Source: an uncultured Prolixibacteraceae bacterium
GTDB taxonomy: Bacteria; Bacteroidota; Bacteroidia; Bacteroidales; Prolixibacteraceae
Direction of reading: 5' to 3'
Assembly (NCBI GenBank): GCA_964565015.1
Contig: CAZMDP010000001.1
Coordinates: 1-56,871 of the forward strand
DNA length: 56,871 nucleotides
In this document: in pieces, positions 37,828-48,161 of the stretch
How the letters are laid out: each line of letters begins with the position of its first letter
Position numbering within the stretch: the first letter of the stretch is position 1
Position numbers and translations under genes: made by a program
Notes under the pieces: model-generated
What the model saw: only the letters and a program-made list of their open reading frames with translations
What the model was told of the DNA's origin: nothing
Database searches by the model: none

Positions 37828-38079
37828 ATGATAATTAAAATCAACTTCAACTTTTGGCTGTGGCTTTGCCGCTTGTCCTACAGGAAAATGCAGATAGCCG
37901 TTGAAAAACTTCCGGTTGGCGTGCCTGGAATGCGCGATCCGGATAACAAATGTGCTGGTTATACTCCAAGAAAACGATTACCCGGTGATGCTCCGGCAGA
38001 CTGTCAGAGCGATGGACATTACCTCTGTAAAGAGTGTGTTTTTCTGGATCTAGATGATAAAATTGAAGAAAGCTTGTAA
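37828..38079 (+). CDS. Cys-rich hypothetical protein
   Basis: C...CQSDGHYLCKEC. Confidence 0.6.
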   Translation: MIIKINFNFWLWLCRLSYRKMQIAVEKLPVGVPGMRDPDNKCAGYTPRKRLPGDAPADCQSDGHYLCKECVFLDLDDKIEESL

Positions 38080-38101
38080 TCTTTAAAGCAACCTCAAAAA
38101 C

Positions 38102-38662
38102 ATGATAACAATATCTCCCAGCATAATGAAGCGCAAAGCAGCTGAGTTCTGGTGGAGCCTGCCAATTAAAGGGCATGAAGACAGAAAGCCCTTCATTGCT
38201 CCTAAGGAGGTATCATATTATACCCGGAACTCTCCTTATGATAAGTGGACATCTGTCACATGGTCTGAAGTACATGCTAAAAGAACTGCAGAAATTAATG
38301 CTCGGATTGCTAGTAAGCGCCATTTTATTCAGGAAGTTCAGCCAGCAATTATATGGGTTTTTTATAATCCTGGATTCCTCTTTTCAGGATGGTATATTAC
38401 AATTCGCACACTCAAAAACACCTACTACCTCGACTGGAAGAAAGTAGATAAACCTTTAATAGAAAAAGCCATGTCGCTTTATCCATGTGGCATACTACCA
38501 AGTTTTGAGTTTCAAAGTCAATGGGTAGTAAAATTCGCAAAAGAATATCATACCAATTCTTTCAAACGCGCAAAACATCAAGGATCAGCTTATTGCTACG
38601 CTGTTTTTGACAAATACGGGAGTATTATTGATTTGCTGCCACCTAAAAAAAAAGTTAAATGA
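38102..38662 (+). CDS. hypothetical protein
   Basis: 186-aa ORF. Confidence 0.65.
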   Translation: MITISPSIMKRKAAEFWWSLPIKGHEDRKPFIAPKEVSYYTRNSPYDKWTSVTWSEVHAKRTAEINARIASKRHFIQEVQPAIIWVFYNPGFLFSGWYITIRTLKNTYYLDWKKVDKPLIEKAMSLYPCGILPSFEFQSQWVVKFAKEYHTNSFKRAKHQGSAYCYAVFDKYGSIIDLLPPKKKVK

Positions 38663-39102
38663 CCATGCAACAAACCCAGTATAACACCGCCTACTATTAC
38701 AACATCAAGGTTTACGGCCCCGGCCGCGAGCTTGCAGAATGTTTGTCGTGGAGCGGCCTGCGTTGGGAACTGCGCCTGAAATATGACTGGTACTTTAAAT
38801 ACCGCGCTGCATTGCTGCAGGTAACATATCCCAGATACACCGTTGAGGTTTTCCAGGGCAGCGAACCAGCTACGGGCAAAACTCTTGAGCAATTGGAAAG
38901 CAACAAACTGGTTGCGCTCAAAGGCAAAATTACCCGGGCAAAAAACAAGCTGGCTTCATACGAAAAGGAGTTTGCCGCATGGCAAAAATCCTACACCGAA
39001 ATTTTCCCACGGGAGAATCATCCGGCCAACATAGCTTACTCGCTCAATATTGCTATGGCCAAGAATAAAATTAAGGACCTTGAAGAAAAATTAAACAAAT
39101 AA
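38659..39102 (+). CDS. hypothetical protein
   Basis: 147 aa, WYFKYRAALLQV.YPR motif. Confidence 0.7.
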   Translation: MTMQQTQYNTAYYYNIKVYGPGRELAECLSWSGLRWELRLKYDWYFKYRAALLQVTYPRYTVEVFQGSEPATGKTLEQLESNKLVALKGKITRAKNKLASYEKEFAAWQKSYTEIFPRENHPANIAYSLNIAMAKNKIKDLEEKLNK

Positions 39103-39108
39103 AACACA

Positions 39109-39738
39109 ATGCAAATCCTCAAACGACCAGACAATGTGATTTTCGACACCGAAAATCCAGATTATATGGAGTTTAATCCAACTCCAAATGCTCTGCCAAC
39201 CGCACTGCACCATCTGATTGCTAAATCTGAATGGGATTTCCTTACTGAGTTTTTTAAGCCCAGGCAAGGCATACAACACCCAATTTTTAGGGACTTCAGC
39301 AATTCTCACTTCTATTGCATTTCTGTTGGATATTCAAAACAGTTCAGGCACGGCAGGTTGCTGAAACTACCGGCACTGTCACTACCAACGTTTGCCGACT
39401 TCTCTTTCAATGTTAGCTATTCGCAAAACTCAGATATTGAGATTATTAAGATCGAAGCAGACCGGGTAGCCGAAGCAAGTATATATTGCTATCTGGACGG
39501 CAATTCTGCAGTTTTCTTATCAAACCTTAAAGTAGAGCCAGATTACCAAAAAAAGGGCATTGGCACATTCCTGCAGGATATCAGGGAGCAGATCGGAAGA
39601 GATGTAAAAGCTACTCATTCAAATCTATGGGTAAAAAAGCGCAGCTGGATGCGCGATTGGTATAAACGAAGAGGCTATATTGAATATGGCCCTCACCCCC
39701 AAAAAGGATATATCTGGTTGAGAAAAAGCCTTGATTAG
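39109..39738 (+). CDS. GNAT-family acetyltransferase (C-terminal domain)
   Basis: L.V.PDYQKKGIGT.L and WYKRRGY. Confidence 0.75.
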   Translation: MQILKRPDNVIFDTENPDYMEFNPTPNALPTALHHLIAKSEWDFLTEFFKPRQGIQHPIFRDFSNSHFYCISVGYSKQFRHGRLLKLPALSLPTFADFSFNVSYSQNSDIEIIKIEADRVAEASIYCYLDGNSAVFLSNLKVEPDYQKKGIGTFLQDIREQIGRDVKATHSNLWVKKRSWMRDWYKRRGYIEYGPHPQKGYIWLRKSLD

Positions 39739-39762
39739 TAATTCCGTAAACTTTCAAAACCC

Positions 39763-40056
39763 ATGTCCACAAACCAAATTCCCTTTAAAACTGAAATTGT
39801 CCAGGTGACAAATAATTTGTCTATTCAGTTTCTGTATGTACCCGAGGACTCTCGTGTCACAAAATTTGAAATGGAAGGCCACGAAATCTTTTTTATTGGC
39901 AGGTTAAAACAATTTAACCGCATCAAGTACCTGAAAAAATGGAGAAATAAGTACGGCGATCTTGTAAAGCTTTTCACAAAGGCATTGTCAAATCGCGGAT
40001 GGAACTTCACCGAATTCCCCAATCCGGTTGCTTTCTTCTTATTATTAAAATCTTAA
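39763..40056 (+). CDS. hypothetical protein
   Basis: 97 aa. Confidence 0.55.
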   Translation: MSTNQIPFKTEIVQVTNNLSIQFLYVPEDSRVTKFEMEGHEIFFIGRLKQFNRIKYLKKWRNKYGDLVKLFTKALSNRGWNFTEFPNPVAFFLLLKS

Positions 40057-40070
40057 AACCCTGAAAGTTT

Positions 40071-40310
40071 ATGAAAACTAAGCACCACATGAGTGTAAAC
40101 ATCGAAGGCTTACTCAAACAATACAAAAGAAAAAAAATCACCTTTTTTGAAGATGATAATGGAAAACGTCTAAGCGATTCAGAAGCACGAGCCGAAATTT
40201 CAAGGCTTTTGTCACTGGGTCATAAACTGATTCCCACAAGCAAAGAATGTGAAGGATTTGATCCTTTTGGAGGTGGCTGCCCAGGGCACCTTGTTGAAGA
40301 CGATGATTAA
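40071..40310 (+). CDS. hypothetical protein
   Basis: C-terminal CEGFDP..GCPGH. Confidence 0.65.
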   Translation: MKTKHHMSVNIEGLLKQYKRKKITFFEDDNGKRLSDSEARAEISRLLSLGHKLIPTSKECEGFDPFGGGCPGHLVEDDD

Positions 40311-40334
40311 AAACCACTTAACCCACCAAAAACC

Positions 40335-40964
40335 ATGGAAAAAGGAATTGAAAGCTTCAAAGCTGCAGTTATAAGAGACTGCCAGCAGGGTGACAACTGT
40401 TTTTCTGAAAACGGCTGCACAAAAGAGAGACACGCCTATTTGCCAGAGGATAATCCCAGGCTTATTGAAATGGGTATTAAAACAAAATGTGTATCCAAAA
40501 CGAAATGTTTTCACGATTACTGCGGCAAATACAAGTGGGTAATGGACAGAGCCAGCCACTATGCCGAAAAAACAGGCAAATCTGTCGAAGAAATAATGAC
40601 AATTTGGGAAACCGACCGAAGCTACTGGTATATGAATTATTACCAGGATAGCAAGCAGCCTTTGCTCGATTCCGAAAATATTATCAATTATGACGTTTGG
40701 ATTGCAGAACTAAAAAACAGGTTCGGCAGCGATCATAAAAAATGGGCTTTCAAATGCCCTGCCTGCGGCAACATCCAAACAATTCAGGACTTTATTGATA
40801 ACGGCATTGAAAACCCCGAAACAAAAGTTTATTTCAGCTGCATTGGCCGGTTTGTAAAAAACAAAGGATGCGACTGGACTCTGGGCGGACTTCTCAAAAT
40901 ACACAAGATTTCAGTAATGAAAGATGCACAAGTATTTCCTGTATTTGAAATGGCCGAAGTGTAA
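40335..40964 (+). CDS. VVA0879-like zinc-binding phage protein
   Basis: WAFKCPACG, SCIGRF, GCDWTLGGL. Confidence 0.65.
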   Translation: MEKGIESFKAAVIRDCQQGDNCFSENGCTKERHAYLPEDNPRLIEMGIKTKCVSKTKCFHDYCGKYKWVMDRASHYAEKTGKSVEEIMTIWETDRSYWYMNYYQDSKQPLLDSENIINYDVWIAELKNRFGSDHKKWAFKCPACGNIQTIQDFIDNGIENPETKVYFSCIGRFVKNKGCDWTLGGLLKIHKISVMKDAQVFPVFEMAEV

Positions 40965-41004
40965 CACACCCAACCCCCTCAACCTTTCCTAACCCTGCTT
41001 TAAA

Positions 41005-44000
41005 ATGATTACCGACAAAATACACGACCTCAACATTTACGATGTAATTGCTAAGTATGCCGGAAAAATTACAAAGTCTGGGGCAAACTTCAAAACATGC
41101 TGCCCCATTCACAACGAAAAAACACCCTCGTTCACCATTTTTCCTGCCTCTAATACCTTCAAATGCTTCGGGTGCGGAGCCGGGGGCGATGCAATTGCAT
41201 TTATTATGCAGCTCAAAAACCTCGATTTTATCGAGGCCTGCAAAATAATCTCTCACGACCATAACCTTAACCTCGATTTTAAAGACGAGCCTAAGCCCGA
41301 TCCCGAACTCTCTCTGCGCCGCGAAACATTCTTCTCTATCCTCAAAGCTGCTCAGCAGGAATACGTCAATCAGCTTACTCTCCCCGAAAACGAGCACGCG
41401 CTGAAATATATCTCCAACCGCTTCTCTCTCGATATTATTCAAAAATGGTCAATCGGTTACGCACCCGACGATTGGCACTTTATCCACAATAAACTCACAG
41501 CTGCTGGTTTCAAGCAGGAAGATCTTCTCAACATCGGCCTGCTAAACGATTCAAACGGTAAAGTTTTCGATACTTTCCGCTCTCGCATTATGTTCCCTAT
41601 TACCGACGAGCATGGCCGCGTAATCGCTTTTTCTGGCCGCATTTTCAACCAGCCAGCCGATTCTAAAGCCCCTAAATACATCAACTCGCCCGAATCAATC
41701 ATCTACAAAAAACACAAATCTCTTTTCGGCCTTTCAACTGCGCTTGCCGAAATTCGCAAAACAAAATCAGCTTACCTGGTCGAAGGTAATCCCGATGTTA
41801 TCCGCCTGCAGGAAGTCGGCCCAAAAAACACAATCGCACCTCTCGGCACTGCACTCACCGAAGCTCACATTGATTTCATCGCAAAAAACTGTACTTCTGC
41901 TGCAATCATAGGCGATTCCGATCCTGCCGGACAAAAAGCCATTGTTTCTCACGCAAAGGAACTCATTAAACGAGGCCTGTTTGTCAACGTAATTCCACTG
42001 CCCGAACCCAAATCGCCAGACGAAAAAATTGACCCCGATTCTTTCTTTGCCGAAAACAATTTCAGCGAATATGCCGAAAAAAACAACCACGATTTTATTA
42101 TGTGGATGGCAAATAAATACGCCGAACCCGCAAAACGTCCCGACGTAAAACAATCTGTCATTACTCAAATCAGCGAACTCGTTTCATGCTTCAGCGCCTC
42201 TGCTCAGGAAATTTACATTGAACAGCTCGCCAAACTCATTAAACCCAAAAAAGCCTGGACAGATGAACTAAAAGCAATCACAAAACTTATCGAACCCACT
42301 AAGGAAAATACTCAAAAACACGATATCCTCCCCGATCATGTAGATGCTAACTCCTGGGAAGAATACCGCTTTTACGAAGACAATAACCAATACTTTTTCC
42401 GTACTAAAAATGGCATAGTCAGGGGCTCTAATTTCTCACTCAAACCACTCTTTCACGTGCAAAGCGTAATTGATTCAAAACGCCTGTTTATCATTACCAA
42501 CGTGTTCGGATACTCTCAGGTTATCGAACTGGCTCAAAAGGATCTGATCAGCCTTCAGGCTTTCAGGCTAAGGGTCGAAAGCCTCGGTAATTTCCTGTGG
42601 GAAGCATCCGAAATAGAACTAAACCTGCTCAAAAGGGTACTCTACGAAAACACAAACACATGCACCGAAATTAAACAACTCGGATGGCAAAAACATGGCT
42701 TCTGGGCTTGGGCCAATGGCATTTTCGATGGCAAAGAATTTGTTCCTGTAGATGATTACGGCATCGTTTCTTTCAACCGCGAAAACTATTATATACCCGC
42801 CTTCTCAAAAATTTACCAGCGCGAAGATTCTCTATTTATCTCTGAACGAAAATTCATTCACATGCCGGGCACAATATCAATGCTCGAGCTCGTTGATAAA
42901 CTCGTAAATGTTTTTGGACCAAACGCCCAAATATCTTATTGCTTCCTCCTTGCCGCCTGCTTCCGCGATGTCATTGCAAACCGGTTCGGCTTCTTTCCAA
43001 TTCTTAACCTGTTCGGTCCTAAAGGCGCCGGAAAAACCGAAATGGCGGTATTTATGCTCCGCTTTTTTGGCAAGGTGGCAAAAGGCCCAAACATCAATAA
43101 TACTTCCAAAGCTGCCCTCGCCGATCACGTAGCCCAATACTCAAATGCACTATGCCATATCGACGAGTATAAAAACTCCCTCGAAATGGAAAAACAGGAG
43201 TTCATCAAAGGAATCTGGGACGGAACCGGTAGAACCCGCATGAATATGGATAAAGACAAAAAAAAGGAAACCACCAACGTAGATATAGCTCTTATGATCT
43301 CTGGCCAGGAAATGCCAACAGCCGATATTGCTACTTTCTCTCGTATGCTTTTCCTCACATTTACGCAAACCGAATACTCCGATCTCGAAAAAAATAACTT
43401 CTCCGAACTCAAAACTATTGTTGATGCCGGAATTACTCACCTCACACATCAGATTCTCGCGCTTCGCAAACACTTTGCCGAAAACTTCTTCGACTATTAC
43501 GACCTCGTATGCTCCGAAGTAACCAAACTTCTCGGCGATCAGATCATCGAGGATCGTATTTTCCGAAACTGGTCCATTATCCTTTCCGCTTTCTACACAC
43601 TTAAAGATAGAATCATCACAAACATCGAGTGGTCAAAACTGCTGCAGATGTCTGTTGCCCTTATCATCAGGCAAAATTCCGAAACCAAAAAAACCAACGA
43701 TGTTGCTACTTTCTGGGATTTCTTCTCTTACCTGGTCAAAGAACGCGAACTTACCGAAGATGTTGACTTCCGCGTTTCAAACGAATTATCCCTCAAACTC
43801 ATGGATAATAAGGAATTTCAGTTCGATACTCTCGAACCAGTCCTTTATCTCAACCACACAAGGGTTTTCGACAAATACCGTGCTCATGGCGCAAAAACCC
43901 GCGACAATGTACTCCCCAAAAAAACACTCGAATACTACCTCATTAACTCAAAAGAATACCTCGGCAAAAAAGCATCATGCCCGTTCCTTATGAAAGATGG

Positions 44001-44217
44001 CGACTCTGGCGATTATAATACATCCGGGAACCGGCGGCGCCAGATTACAACTTCTCACACTTTTCACTACCGTTTGCTTAAAGAAAATTATGGCATCTCG
44101 GTAGTCTCCGACGAAATTGACAATAACGACCAGATTTTGGATAAAAATTCTAAAATTTCTCAAAACCCTGTTAATCAGCTATTTCCCGAAAACGAAAAAA
44201 CTGATCTGCCTTTTTAG
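41005..44217 (+). CDS. DnaG-type primase fused to a P-loop helicase-like domain
   Basis: CHC2 zinc finger (CPIH...CFGC), KYINSPE, TOPRIM (VEG..D, DSD.AG), Walker A GPKGAGKT, HIDEY. Confidence 0.9.
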   Translation: MITDKIHDLNIYDVIAKYAGKITKSGANFKTCCPIHNEKTPSFTIFPASNTFKCFGCGAGGDAIAFIMQLKNLDFIEACKIISHDHNLNLDFKDEPKPDPELSLRRETFFSILKAAQQEYVNQLTLPENEHALKYISNRFSLDIIQKWSIGYAPDDWHFIHNKLTAAGFKQEDLLNIGLLNDSNGKVFDTFRSRIMFPITDEHGRVIAFSGRIFNQPADSKAPKYINSPESIIYKKHKSLFGLSTALAEIRKTKSAYLVEGNPDVIRLQEVGPKNTIAPLGTALTEAHIDFIAKNCTSAAIIGDSDPAGQKAIVSHAKELIKRGLFVNVIPLPEPKSPDEKIDPDSFFAENNFSEYAEKNNHDFIMWMANKYAEPAKRPDVKQSVITQISELVSCFSASAQEIYIEQLAKLIKPKKAWTDELKAITKLIEPTKENTQKHDILPDHVDANSWEEYRFYEDNNQYFFRTKNGIVRGSNFSLKPLFHVQSVIDSKRLFIITNVFGYSQVIELAQKDLISLQAFRLRVESLGNFLWEASEIELNLLKRVLYENTNTCTEIKQLGWQKHGFWAWANGIFDGKEFVPVDDYGIVSFNRENYYIPAFSKIYQREDSLFISERKFIHMPGTISMLELVDKLVNVFGPNAQISYCFLLAACFRDVIANRFGFFPILNLFGPKGAGKTEMAVFMLRFFGKVAKGPNINNTSKAALADHVAQYSNALCHIDEYKNSLEMEKQEFIKGIWDGTGRTRMNMDKDKKKETTNVDIALMISGQEMPTADIATFSRMLFLTFTQTEYSDLEKNNFSELKTIVDAGITHLTHQILALRKHFAENFFDYYDLVCSEVTKLLGDQIIEDRIFRNWSIILSAFYTLKDRIITNIEWSKLLQMSVALIIRQNSETKKTNDVATFWDFFSYLVKERELTEDVDFRVSNELSLKLMDNKEFQFDTLEPVLYLNHTRVFDKYRAHGAKTRDNVLPKKTLEYYLINSKEYLGKKASCPFLMKDGDSGDYNTSGNRRRQITTSHTFHYRLLKENYGISVVSDEIDNNDQILDKNSKISQNPVNQLFPENEKTDLPF

Positions 44218-44226
44218 GCCAAAAAA

Positions 44227-44460
44227 CAGCAACTACACTCAACTACACTCAACTACAAACCCCCAAAAACTCAAAACCAATGATTTACGCAAAGAAACCA
44301 GCAGGCAAAAAAAAACTACAACCAACTACAACCAACTACAAATAATAAAAAAAACTACAAACTACTACAAAAACTACACCTTTTCTCTTTTTGTAGTTTT
44401 TTCATCGCGCTCAGTTTCAGCACTTTATAAGTTGTAGTTGAGTGTAGTTGCTGTAGTTGG
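44227..44460. repeat. iteron array, putative replication origin
   Basis: Eight AACTACA copies (10-bp period in groups) and four inverted TGTAGTT copies; 21-bp inverted repeat 44227-44247 / 44433-44453. Confidence 0.8.
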
Positions 44461-44517
44461 CATTTTATAGCCTCTGGCTCAGAAAAATATTTTTTTTCAA
44501 AAACCAATCCCGAAAAA

Positions 44518-45609
44518 ATGAACCAGTTAATCAACCATATTTTCCTGTCACATAACCACGATCTCATGCAGAAGATTCCCGATTCTGTCATTGATGCTGT
44601 TGTCACCGATCCGCCTTATGGCTGGAAGTTTATGGGCAAAAAATGGGACTACTCAATACCCTCTGTGCAAACATTTAAAAATATGTACCGCATACTTAAA
44701 CCGGGCGCTTACATGGCCGTTTGCTGCGGAACACGTACTCAGCATCGCATGGCTTGTAATATCGAAGATGCTGGCTTTGAAATTCGCGATATTATTGCTT
44801 GGGTTTACGGATCCGGTTTCCCAAAATCTTTCGACGTTGCAAAAGCCTTCGAAAAAAAGAAAAACCCTCTTTCGGTCAATTTTAAAGGCTGGGGCACAGC
44901 GCTAAAACCTGCCATGGAGTTATTTACTCTTGCCCGCAAACCAATCAGCGGAACAATCCTCGAAAACCTTGCTGCATACCGCACTTCTGCACTTAATATT
45001 GATGCCTGCCGCATTGGCAATATGCTTCGCGAATACAAAGGTATGTCTGCCAAAAAACCTGCGCTTGGCGTATTTCGCGACGATAACTGGATACCTAAAC
45101 AAATCAGCGTTACTGCAGTTGGCCGCTTCCCTGCCAACATTATTCACGATGGCTCTCCCGAAGTACTTAAACTTTTCCCAGACGATGCCGGTGCTTATGC
45201 TCCTGTTAAATCGGGCATGAGCGGAAAATCAAAAGGAATTTACCGCGATTTTGCTCAAAAAGGCGATAACGGAAATTCTTTCTACGGCGATTCTGGCTCA
45301 GCTGCCCGGTTCTTTTATTGTGCAAAAGCCACAGAGCACGAGCGCAACGAAGGTTTGCCCCTGTCTTTTATCAATACTCACCCTACCGTAAAGCCGGTGG
45401 CGCTAATGAGGTACATCACCCGCTTAATAACTCCCCCGGGTGGTATTGTTCTCGATCCTTATGTAGGCTCTGGTTCCACTGTCATTGCTTCTTTTATCGA
45501 GGGATTTAACTTTATTGCCTGCGATAACGATCAGCAATCTTTCAATATCGCAACACAAAGGGTTGCTGCTCACCGTAATAAACCATCTCTGTTCACTTTA
45601 CAGATGTAG
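44518..45609 (+). CDS. N4-cytosine/N6-adenine DNA methyltransferase (beta class)
   Basis: VTDPPY, HPTVKP, VLDPY.GSGST. Confidence 0.9.
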   Translation: MNQLINHIFLSHNHDLMQKIPDSVIDAVVTDPPYGWKFMGKKWDYSIPSVQTFKNMYRILKPGAYMAVCCGTRTQHRMACNIEDAGFEIRDIIAWVYGSGFPKSFDVAKAFEKKKNPLSVNFKGWGTALKPAMELFTLARKPISGTILENLAAYRTSALNIDACRIGNMLREYKGMSAKKPALGVFRDDNWIPKQISVTAVGRFPANIIHDGSPEVLKLFPDDAGAYAPVKSGMSGKSKGIYRDFAQKGDNGNSFYGDSGSAARFFYCAKATEHERNEGLPLSFINTHPTVKPVALMRYITRLITPPGGIVLDPYVGSGSTVIASFIEGFNFIACDNDQQSFNIATQRVAAHRNKPSLFTLQM

Positions 45610-45611
45610 CC

Positions 45612-45845
45612 ATGTACACAATCGTAATTGGTAATTCGCTCATTTATTTCATCGCCTCTATCGAGTTCTCTGTTGATGGAGTGCCTTTCAGAATTATTGC
45701 TTCCGATTCTACAGGCCCAGGTTATCATGCCGTGGAGCACACTGTAAAAAACCTCAGTAACGGTAATTGCACCACATACTCTATGGAGCAACTTATCGCA
45801 ATATTCCAAAAGTATAACCTCGTTTCAAAATACCAAAAGCCATGA
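45612..45845 (+). CDS. hypothetical protein
   Basis: 77 aa. Confidence 0.55.
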   Translation: MYTIVIGNSLIYFIASIEFSVDGVPFRIIASDSTGPGYHAVEHTVKNLSNGNCTTYSMEQLIAIFQKYNLVSKYQKP

Positions 45846-46402
45846 CTATTACAATCCCTTGTAAACCTTACGTCAAGCACTTTATCGTCATTAATTATGG
45901 CGATCCGGCCGACCTCACCAAATGCCGCGACCTGTACCAGGACTTACGTAAACGTCTGTCAAAAAAGGCTTTGCGTTGGCAATCCCGCAAAATAAACCTG
46001 TCAATTTATTCTCAGAAAATAGAAATCATTATTTCCGAAGACGATTTCTACCGGTTCGGATGGGAAATGTCCGATACCGACATAAGAGGCTTCAACCGCG
46101 ATATTGAAGGACGCGCTAAATTCTTCATGCGTTACGTTATATCCACTTACGAAGCTATTATGAACCAAAAACAGGCCATCAGGCTTTTTCAGGATCGTTT
46201 TGGTTATACCGAAGATATTTGGTCTTTCGATTCTATTAAAAAAGATTATTTTCGCAACCATAATTCCGAAAAAATCAGAATCGTAGATTACATAACCGCC
46301 GAATTAGAACGCAAAACTTTGGAACAACTGTCCGAACTGGGGACAATTTCAAATTCACTTATTTCCTCACAAACATCTGTTAAAAATGAAAACAATCAGT
46401 AA
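45842..46402 (+). CDS. candidate late-gene transcriptional regulator
   Basis: At the end of the early region; C-terminal HTH-like QAIRLFQDRFGY...SIKKDYFR; function inferred from position. Confidence 0.45.
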   Translation: MTITIPCKPYVKHFIVINYGDPADLTKCRDLYQDLRKRLSKKALRWQSRKINLSIYSQKIEIIISEDDFYRFGWEMSDTDIRGFNRDIEGRAKFFMRYVISTYEAIMNQKQAIRLFQDRFGYTEDIWSFDSIKKDYFRNHNSEKIRIVDYITAELERKTLEQLSELGTISNSLISSQTSVKNENNQ

Positions 46403-46829
46403 ATTCTCAGACCTCTTGCCGGGGTACGTTCAATTGATCGTTATCCCGACTCAAAACATCAGTGCCATTGCACAAAATACAGTTAATGTTATCTCAAACG
46501 ATGATGTATTTCTAATTCAGGCATCAAACGATTCTATTAGCCACGAAGCGCCAATGGCCGAAAACGATCATGGTAAATACTTCGACCACCTCGTTACTGC
46601 TACCCTGCAGGGATACGGTAAAGACCAGGAAGATGAAATCAAATCAATTTATACAGGGTATGTGGTTTTGCTCATGCAAACCGACGATGCTTCATGGATC
46701 AGGCTCGGTTCCATCGAAAATCCAATGAATCTTATCATTGACTTTTCTTCGGCTAAACCTGGCTTTAATCTGCAGTTCTCTGGCCAATTGCCCTATAAAT
46801 CAATGCCAAATGTTATCCCCGACTACTAA
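46386..46829 (+). CDS. hypothetical protein
   Basis: 147 aa, LGS.ENP motif. Confidence 0.65.
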   Translation: MKTISKFSDLLPGYVQLIVIPTQNISAIAQNTVNVISNDDVFLIQASNDSISHEAPMAENDHGKYFDHLVTATLQGYGKDQEDEIKSIYTGYVVLLMQTDDASWIRLGSIENPMNLIIDFSSAKPGFNLQFSGQLPYKSMPNVIPDY

Positions 46830-46852
46830 AAATCCGTTTTTTAGCCTGTTTC

Positions 46853-46888
46853 TGTCCTTTATTATTCATGCGCTCCTGTTTTACTTTG
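46853..46888 (+). promoter_or_regulatory. putative late promoter 4
   Basis: TGTCCTTT-N20-TTACTTTG. Confidence 0.75.
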
Positions 46889-46903
46889 TCAAAAAAAGTA
46901 ATT

Positions 46904-48106
46904 ATGGGAAAGCTCACGCTTAATATTGATGGTTTTATTGGCTCTTGGGGCTACTCTAAGCAATGGCTTAACCAAATGCTCACAGGCCGCGAAAAGGACG
47001 ATCTCGATATAATAATATCTTCCCCGGGCGGTTCTGTTGATCATGCTTTGGCTATGCACGATAGAATTGTTCTACACGGCAACAATTCTGTTTCTAAAGT
47101 CTTTGGCCTTACAGCAAGCGCTGCAACTGTTATTGCATGTGCTGCCAAAGAAAGAGTTATGTCCTCAAACTCTCTCTACCTCGTTCATAAAGTCCTTTCC
47201 TGGATTGATATTTTCGGATATCTGAACGAAGATGATATCGAAACCCTCATTCAGCAACTCGAAAAAGAGAAAAACGAAAATGCTAAAATGACACTCGTCA
47301 TTGCACGCATTTATTCAAATGTTACCGGCAAACCTGTTAAGGATATCCTCAATCTTATGAAACAGGAAATCTGGCTTACGGCCGAGGAAGCTCTCGAATG
47401 GGGCTTCATTACTCGCATCGAAACCCTCTCAGGCAATATAGATTTTACCGATAGCAAGGTAGCTCTTATTACTGCTGCCGGTCTCCCCGATCCTCGTAAC
47501 AAAACCCGTCAATCTAATTCTAAACCCCCGAAAAAAAATAATGATATGAACAGAAAATTCACCCACATCAACAATATCCTTGGCTTCGAAGGCATTGAGG
47601 ATACTGCAGATGGAGTATATTTTGATCTCAACCAGCTCGAAACACTTAATACCAATTTCGATAATGATCAAAATACAATCAACTCACTAACTTCCGAACG
47701 CGACACCGCTATCTCCGAACGCGACACCGCAAACCAGCAACGCGACACCGCAAATCAGGAACGCGACACTGCTATCTCCGAACGCGACACCGCTATCTCC
47801 GAACGCGACACTGCCAACCAGGAACGCGACACTGCCAACCAGGAACGCGACACCGCAAATCAGGAACGCGACACCGCGAATACCGATCTCCAAAACCTCA
47901 TTAACCTGCTCAATGCTATTTCCCCCGAAGTTGCCGGCGCCGAAACCAATGCCGCAAAAGTTGCCGCCATTCAGGCTATCATCGCACGCAAACCGGGAGC
48001 AAAAGTAATTGGCACAGTTATTAATCAGGATCCCGAAACAGCCCACGAGGGTAATGTTGACTGGGAAACCATCGACAGTCTGCCACACAATCAGGGCATC
48101 GTATAA
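46904..48106 (+). CDS. ClpP-like prohead protease with scaffold extension
   Basis: ISSPGGSV, TASAAT, LVH, E.WLTAEEALEWGF; start reassigned to MGKLTL. Confidence 0.88.
   Translation: MGKLTLNIDGFIGSWGYSKQWLNQMLTGREKDDLDIIISSPGGSVDHALAMHDRIVLHGNNSVSKVFGLTASAATVIACAAKERVMSSNSLYLVHKVLSWIDIFGYLNEDDIETLIQQLEKEKNENAKMTLVIARIYSNVTGKPVKDILNLMKQEIWLTAEEALEWGFITRIETLSGNIDFTDSKVALITAAGLPDPRNKTRQSNSKPPKKNNDMNRKFTHINNILGFEGIEDTADGVYFDLNQLETLNTNFDNDQNTINSLTSERDTAISERDTANQQRDTANQERDTAISERDTAISERDTANQERDTANQERDTANQERDTANTDLQNLINLLNAISPEVAGAETNAAKVAAIQAIIARKPGAKVIGTVINQDPETAHEGNVDWETIDSLPHNQGIV
47693..47881 (+). repeat. 21-bp tandem coding repeat (9 heptads)
   Basis: AACGCGACAC core every 21 nt, encoding (S/Q)(E/Q)RDTA(I/N). 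Confidence 0.9.
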
Positions 48107-48161
48107 ACCAACTCGCTCGCTCTCTCTCTTCTCTTTGTAAAACTCAAACAACTCAAAAAAA

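Noticed and set aside
44117-44606. ORFs spanning the iteron region
   Set aside because: They are low-complexity translations of the origin repeats.
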